A stretch of 63,330 bases of DNA, filler included, from Stramenopiles sp. TOSAG23-2 (taxonomy: Eukaryota), in NCBI GenBank assembly GCA_900128395.1. It is 44 parts of 44 records of this genome, joined end to end, with 100 filler letters (N's around TTAATTAATTAA, not from the genome) between each part and the next. Parts side by side here need not be neighbours in the genome. Positions count along the whole stretch, not along the records: positions 59,141 to 60,471 come from LT653158.1; positions 60,572 to 61,901 come from LT653159.1; positions 62,002 to 63,330 come from LT653160.1; 41 more parts are not named here. One strand, written 5' to 3'. A program made the translations under genes and the position numbers. The notes beneath the pieces are model-generated. The model was given only the letters and a program-made list of their open reading frames with translations, had not been told where the DNA came from and ran no database searches. Positions 59,255 through 63,330 of this stretch are shown here, in pieces (the stretch's first letter is position 1; each line of letters starts with the position of its first letter).

Positions 59255-60066
59255 AATTTTAATCCATCAATTTTCATACCTTGTAATTTTAATGCACGAT
59301 TGTTTTTACTAAATTCTTCTAACAATTTCATTTCCATTTCCTCCCGATTTGCTTCCGATTTGTCAGATTTATTTTGTAATGCTTCAAGTGTTGCAAACAT
59401 ATCATTTAATTTACAGTTTTCTAAATAATCATTGATATTTCGAATTTGATCTTTGATATTACGATTTTGTGCAATCGTCACTGTACTTAAATCTGCTTGT
59501 AAAATATCAATTGCATTGGTAACATCAATATTAATTTTATCATATTCCTTATGAAATGAAACACCACCAAGTACACGTTTAACTTTACTTTGTTTGGAAT
59601 ATGTTTCAGCCAATTCCTTTAAACGTTGTACATGTTCATTTAATCGATTTAATACTTCAATATGATCTTGGGTAAATGCATTTTTACGATCGAGATGAGC
59701 ATATTCATGGGCACAGATACGAATAATTGTTTCAATACCTTTACATCGAATAGCTGCACGTTTGCATTTTTCTTGGTTGGCATTTTCTGTTAATGCAATT
59801 TCATAAACTGCTGCACATGTTGAGAAAATGAGACCAATAATTGGAGTTGCCGTGATGGTTTTTGCAACAATTGGACCAACTAAATTTGCTGCATTGATTC
59901 CAAGTTCTTTTGCAATATCTGCTACTTGTTTCACATTTTTCAATGTTTTTGTACTAACATCTTTAACATGTTTTGTTGCAACATCTTTCACATTTTTCAA
60001 TGCGTTCGAACCAGCAGTTTTAGCAGTTTTAGCGTGTTTTGTTGCATGATCAACGAATTCCGACAT
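59230..60066 (-). CDS. MLKL N-terminal four-helix-bundle-like protein
   Basis: PIIGLIFSTCAAVYEIA...NQEKCKRAAIRCKGIE...LNRLNEHVQRLKELAETYSKQSKVKRVL...FHKEYDKINIDV..AIDILQ; likely start MSEFVD at 60066. Confidence 0.7.
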   Translation of the reverse strand: MSEFVDHATKHAKTAKTAGSNALKNVKDVATKHVKDVSTKTLKNVKQVADIAKELGINAANLVGPIVAKTITATPIIGLIFSTCAAVYEIALTENANQEKCKRAAIRCKGIETIIRICAHEYAHLDRKNAFTQDHIEVLNRLNEHVQRLKELAETYSKQSKVKRVLGGVSFHKEYDKINIDVTNAIDILQADLSTVTIAQNRNIKDQIRNINDYLENCKLNDMFATLEALQNKSDKSEANREEMEMKLLEEFSKNNRALKLQGMKIDGLKLYKVLVMH

Positions 60067-60571
60067 GTCTTTGTAGTGATGAAAAGTTCTGTTTCTTTTT
60101 TGTTTCAAATAAAATATATTTTCACTTATTGTTTTTGAATATAAAATCGTATTGATTTGTATATTTATGCTTTCGTTTCTTTCTTTTATACAGTACACTT
60201 TTCCCTGGGGTTGCCATGGGCTTGACTTGATCTATTTATTATTTTAGATTAGAAATTAGATTCTATGTCCTTTAATATAGATGTTAGATGTGTGTGCAAT
60301 CCTGGCATCAATCTGGCAATGGTATGTGCATGTAAAAAAATATAAAAGCATGGATTTTTTCATTTTCACAATAACAATATTTTAATTTAGCATGTAAATA
60401 CAATGTAAATGTGCACAGAAAATGATAACAATATCCAAAAAATCCACGTGCGTTGATGGCCAGTCAACGTANNNNNNNNNNNNNNNNNNNNNNNNNNNNN
60501 NNNNNNNNNNNNNNNTTAATTAATTAANNNNNNNNNNNNNNNNNNNNNNNNNNNNNNNNNNNNNNNNNNNN

Positions 60572-61901
60572 GACAAGCGTGACCTGATGCACCTTTGCCA
60601 TTATTACATCGACATTGGCGTTTCCGGCAAAATGTTTCACTGCCATAAGGAAATAATGAATATCCATCATGACAAGTTGCACAGGCTTCCATATTATCTC
60701 CATGACAATGATCTATATTCTTACCAATTTCACCCCCAAAGCATTTACATTGTCGTTTCACACATATATTTGTAACCTTATCAGCGGTTGCAGGTGCTAT
60801 ATGTTTCGCTATTTTATGAGCAACACTTTTGCCTGCTACCTTTAGCGCTTTACCGGCAGAATCTACCATGTTCCACCCATTATGCTTACCGCGTTCTATA
60901 TAATCGTCATCAGTAAATGGTCCATTTGGTGAAGTAGTATCACCCCATTTCAAACGAGTTTTAGTTTCACTCAAAGTCATTGTTTTTGTTTCAAGCAATG
61001 CCAACATATATCCATGTTCTCTATCGCATGCTACGCAATGGTAGTGATCATGTTTATGGCAATCCGTGAAATATGCAGCTGTACCATTCTTACATTTACA
61101 TTGATTTTCCTTGCAGTGACTACCATCTAGTTGGACTGATATACCATGTGGTTCGTGATAAAAATCATTACATCGACACCGGTCATTTACATGATGACCT
61201 AGTACAGGCGTATCTGTATGACCTTTTGCATCACATTTAATACATTTATGGTCTTTTAAATAATAACCAGAGTTGCACGCTACACATAATTCGCTGGATG
61301 GACCGATTCCTTTAAAACCAGGACAAGCGTGACCTGATGCACCTTTGCCATTATTACATCGACATTGGCGTTTCCGGCAAAATGTTTCACTGCCATAAGG
61401 AAATAATGAATATCCATCATGACAAGTTGCACAGGCTTCCATATTATCTCCATGACAATGATCTATATTCTTACCAATTTCACCCCCAAAGCATTTACAT
61501 TGTCGTTTCACACATATATTTGTAACCTTATCAGCGGTTGCAGGTGCTATATGTTTCGCTATTTTATGAGCAACACTTTTGCCTGCTACCTTTAGCGCTT
61601 TACCGGCAGAATCTACCATGTTCCACCCATTATGCTTACCGCGTTCTATATAATCGTCATCAGTAAATGGTCCATTTGGTGAAGTAGTATCACCCCATTT
61701 CAAACGAGTTTTAGTTTCACTCAAAGTCATTGTTTTTGTTTCAAGCAATGCCAACATATATCCATGTTCTCTATCGCATGCTACGCAATGGTAGTGATCA
61801 TGTTTATGGCAATCCGTGAAATATGCAGCTGTACCATTCTTACATTTACATTGATTTTCCTTGCAGTGACTACCATCTAGTTGGACTGATATACCATGTG
61901 G
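60572..61901 (-). CDS. Cys-rich furin/EGF-like repeat surface protein containing a 750-bp-period duplication
   Basis: CxCxNG..C..CxxCxxGYxL repeats; 60572-61151 matches 61322-61901 and the frame is preserved. Confidence 0.75.
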
Positions 61902-62001
61902 NNNNNNNNNNNNNNNNNNNNNNNNNNNNNNNNNNNNNNNNNNNNTTAATTAATTAANNNNNNNNNNNNNNNNNNNNNNNNNNNNNNNNNNNNNNNNNNN
62001 N

Positions 62002-63330
62002 TATAGCCCATATTTGCACCCAAACCAAAACGGCAGTGTAGTTCCATTTTTTAATTCGCTGGTTCAAATTGTAAAAGATAAGTGTAGTAGATAATTTTTT
62101 CTCTTTTTCAGCCTCCATGCCTTTCCCATCAATTGTGAAATCGTATGCGCATGGTATAGATTTACGAAAACATTGATTTATCAAGCTTATAAGATAGAAT
62201 ATTAAATATGCCCATCCAAAGAATAAGACAAGCCAACCTTTCATCGAATCGTATTTTCCCATTGCAGCCAATCCCTTGTTCTTTTTTAAGTCTTGCTCTA
62301 ATGATCGCCAACCTAAAGATGCAGCTAAGAAACCGCATGCAGCAAAGCATCCAAATATAGAGAAAGTCATCAAAATATCAGCTAATCCTGAGTTTGCCAT
62401 ATTCAATGCCGAGGCTAGGTAAAACCCAGTAAAGCAAACTATTAGCAAAAAGCCGAATATTTTCATTAAGCGGTTGGAGCTTTTTTTTACCCCTGCTAAT
62501 ACATATGAAAGCGTTAACGATATACAGCCAAAGAACCATGCGACGAATGCAGTGCCAAGCATGCTAAAGTATAGTAACAAAGAACCTAATTGACATGCAG
62601 TGTCTTTCTTGTCTAATGGTGACCATACTTCACATGCCGATTTGTTAAATCGTAATCCAAATATTTCTTTATCGTAATATGGTGCAGTTTTAAGACCAAT
62701 GCAATCTCGATAATCCGATGATATTTTGCAAAGTGGCCCTGGTTTGGAGCAGTAAGAATAAGATTTAGAACTAATTTCATACTGAATATTTGGTGTGCAA
62801 TAAAGTCGATCGTTTAATTTTAACCTTGCTGCTGTCCAAGTACTAGCATATTCTGATGTCCACACGATCCACCAAACCAGTGATACAATTCCAGCAGTGA
62901 AATACGTTTGAGATACGGCTGCTAAGAAATGCGATTCATGTAAGTTGTTCAGGAACAACTGTTTGCAAATGGCAAAATATGCTGGAACAAACAAATAAAA
63001 TATGAATAGCGGTAACTGTGGCCTTGAGCTTGCCATTGTCCATATGCCAACATTGACTGATAACATCGTAAGTCCTAATAGTAAATTCTTTACTATTTTC
63101 CAACATCCTTTCCAATAGGAAAAATCGAATAAGTACAATATAAATAATAACAACATGCCACCACCTATTGCAAAAGTAGATAAAAAGGCACTTTCCTTCA
63201 GAACTGTTAGCAATTGGATACCATAACCTATTTGTGTGAATGCGAAACCATATATTAAAAATGGAATACCACACATTGCTAATACCATGAAGTAATATTT
63301 TACTTTTTCCACTACTTCTAAATCTTCGTA
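62002..63330 (-). CDS. Multi-pass membrane protein with a Cys-rich loop (partial)
   Basis: About ten hydrophobic helices in an ORF open across the contig. Confidence 0.7.

Noticed and set aside
59245-59270. Programmed -1 ribosomal frameshift joining the MLKL-like ORF to the LRRs
   Set aside because: There is no XXXYYYZ slippery heptamer and the first LRR starts mid-repeat, so deletion or chimerism is more likely.
53438-60066. Apparent defence island (kinase, methyltransferases, monooxygenase, MLKL-like gene)
   Set aside because: Each gene is on a different contig; adjacency reflects contig length only.
1353-62001. Regularly spaced TTAATTAATTAA palindrome as a CRISPR-like or biological repeat
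   Set aside because: It is always embedded in N44 pads and separates length-sorted contigs, so it is a synthetic linker.
1967-63274. Many short antisense, AT-rich or spacer-crossing ORFs in the supplied track
   Set aside because: They are shadows of real genes, low-complexity intergenic frames, or frames inflated by N runs ending in LIN or N from the linker.
1-63330. Alternative genetic code (ciliate-type stop reassignment)
   Set aside because: Conserved genes translate without internal stops, and TAA, TAG and TGA all end ORFs at sensible positions.

Overview
This window is not one locus. It is 44 unlinked short contigs (1352 bp falling to 1329 bp, sorted by length) joined by 43 identical 100-bp spacers (N44-TTAATTAATTAA-N44, stops in all six frames), so no gene neighbourhood across a spacer is meaningful. 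Most contigs come from an AT-rich, intron-poor eukaryote using the standard code; a heterotrophic stramenopile-like protist from a single-cell or metagenome assembly is my inference. Recognisable genes include TRRAP/Tra1, Raptor, DIS3, MEMO1, PDX1, FN3K, FKBP-SAP, a Canopy-like protein, SET, MYND, GAF, RAP, GPS/PKD-like proteins, a crotonase and a nitronate monooxygenase with PTS1 signals, and a eukaryotic tRNA-Arg(ACG). Two gene-dense contigs look viral (probably Nucleocytoviricota): a histidine-kinase fragment with a fibre-like protein (31835-33176), and divergent adenine and C5-cytosine DNA methyltransferases (54845-56176). The most interesting host items are an MLKL-like four-helix-bundle ORF abutting RI-type LRRs in another frame, a tandem TIR-like protein, a frameshifted SMC/Rad50-like protein with an altered Walker A, two foldback/MITE-like elements, and a dispersed 3'-flank repeat at four contig ends. 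Several tandem duplications and one exact inverted copy are most likely assembly or amplification artefacts. All family calls are by motif recognition; no searches were run.
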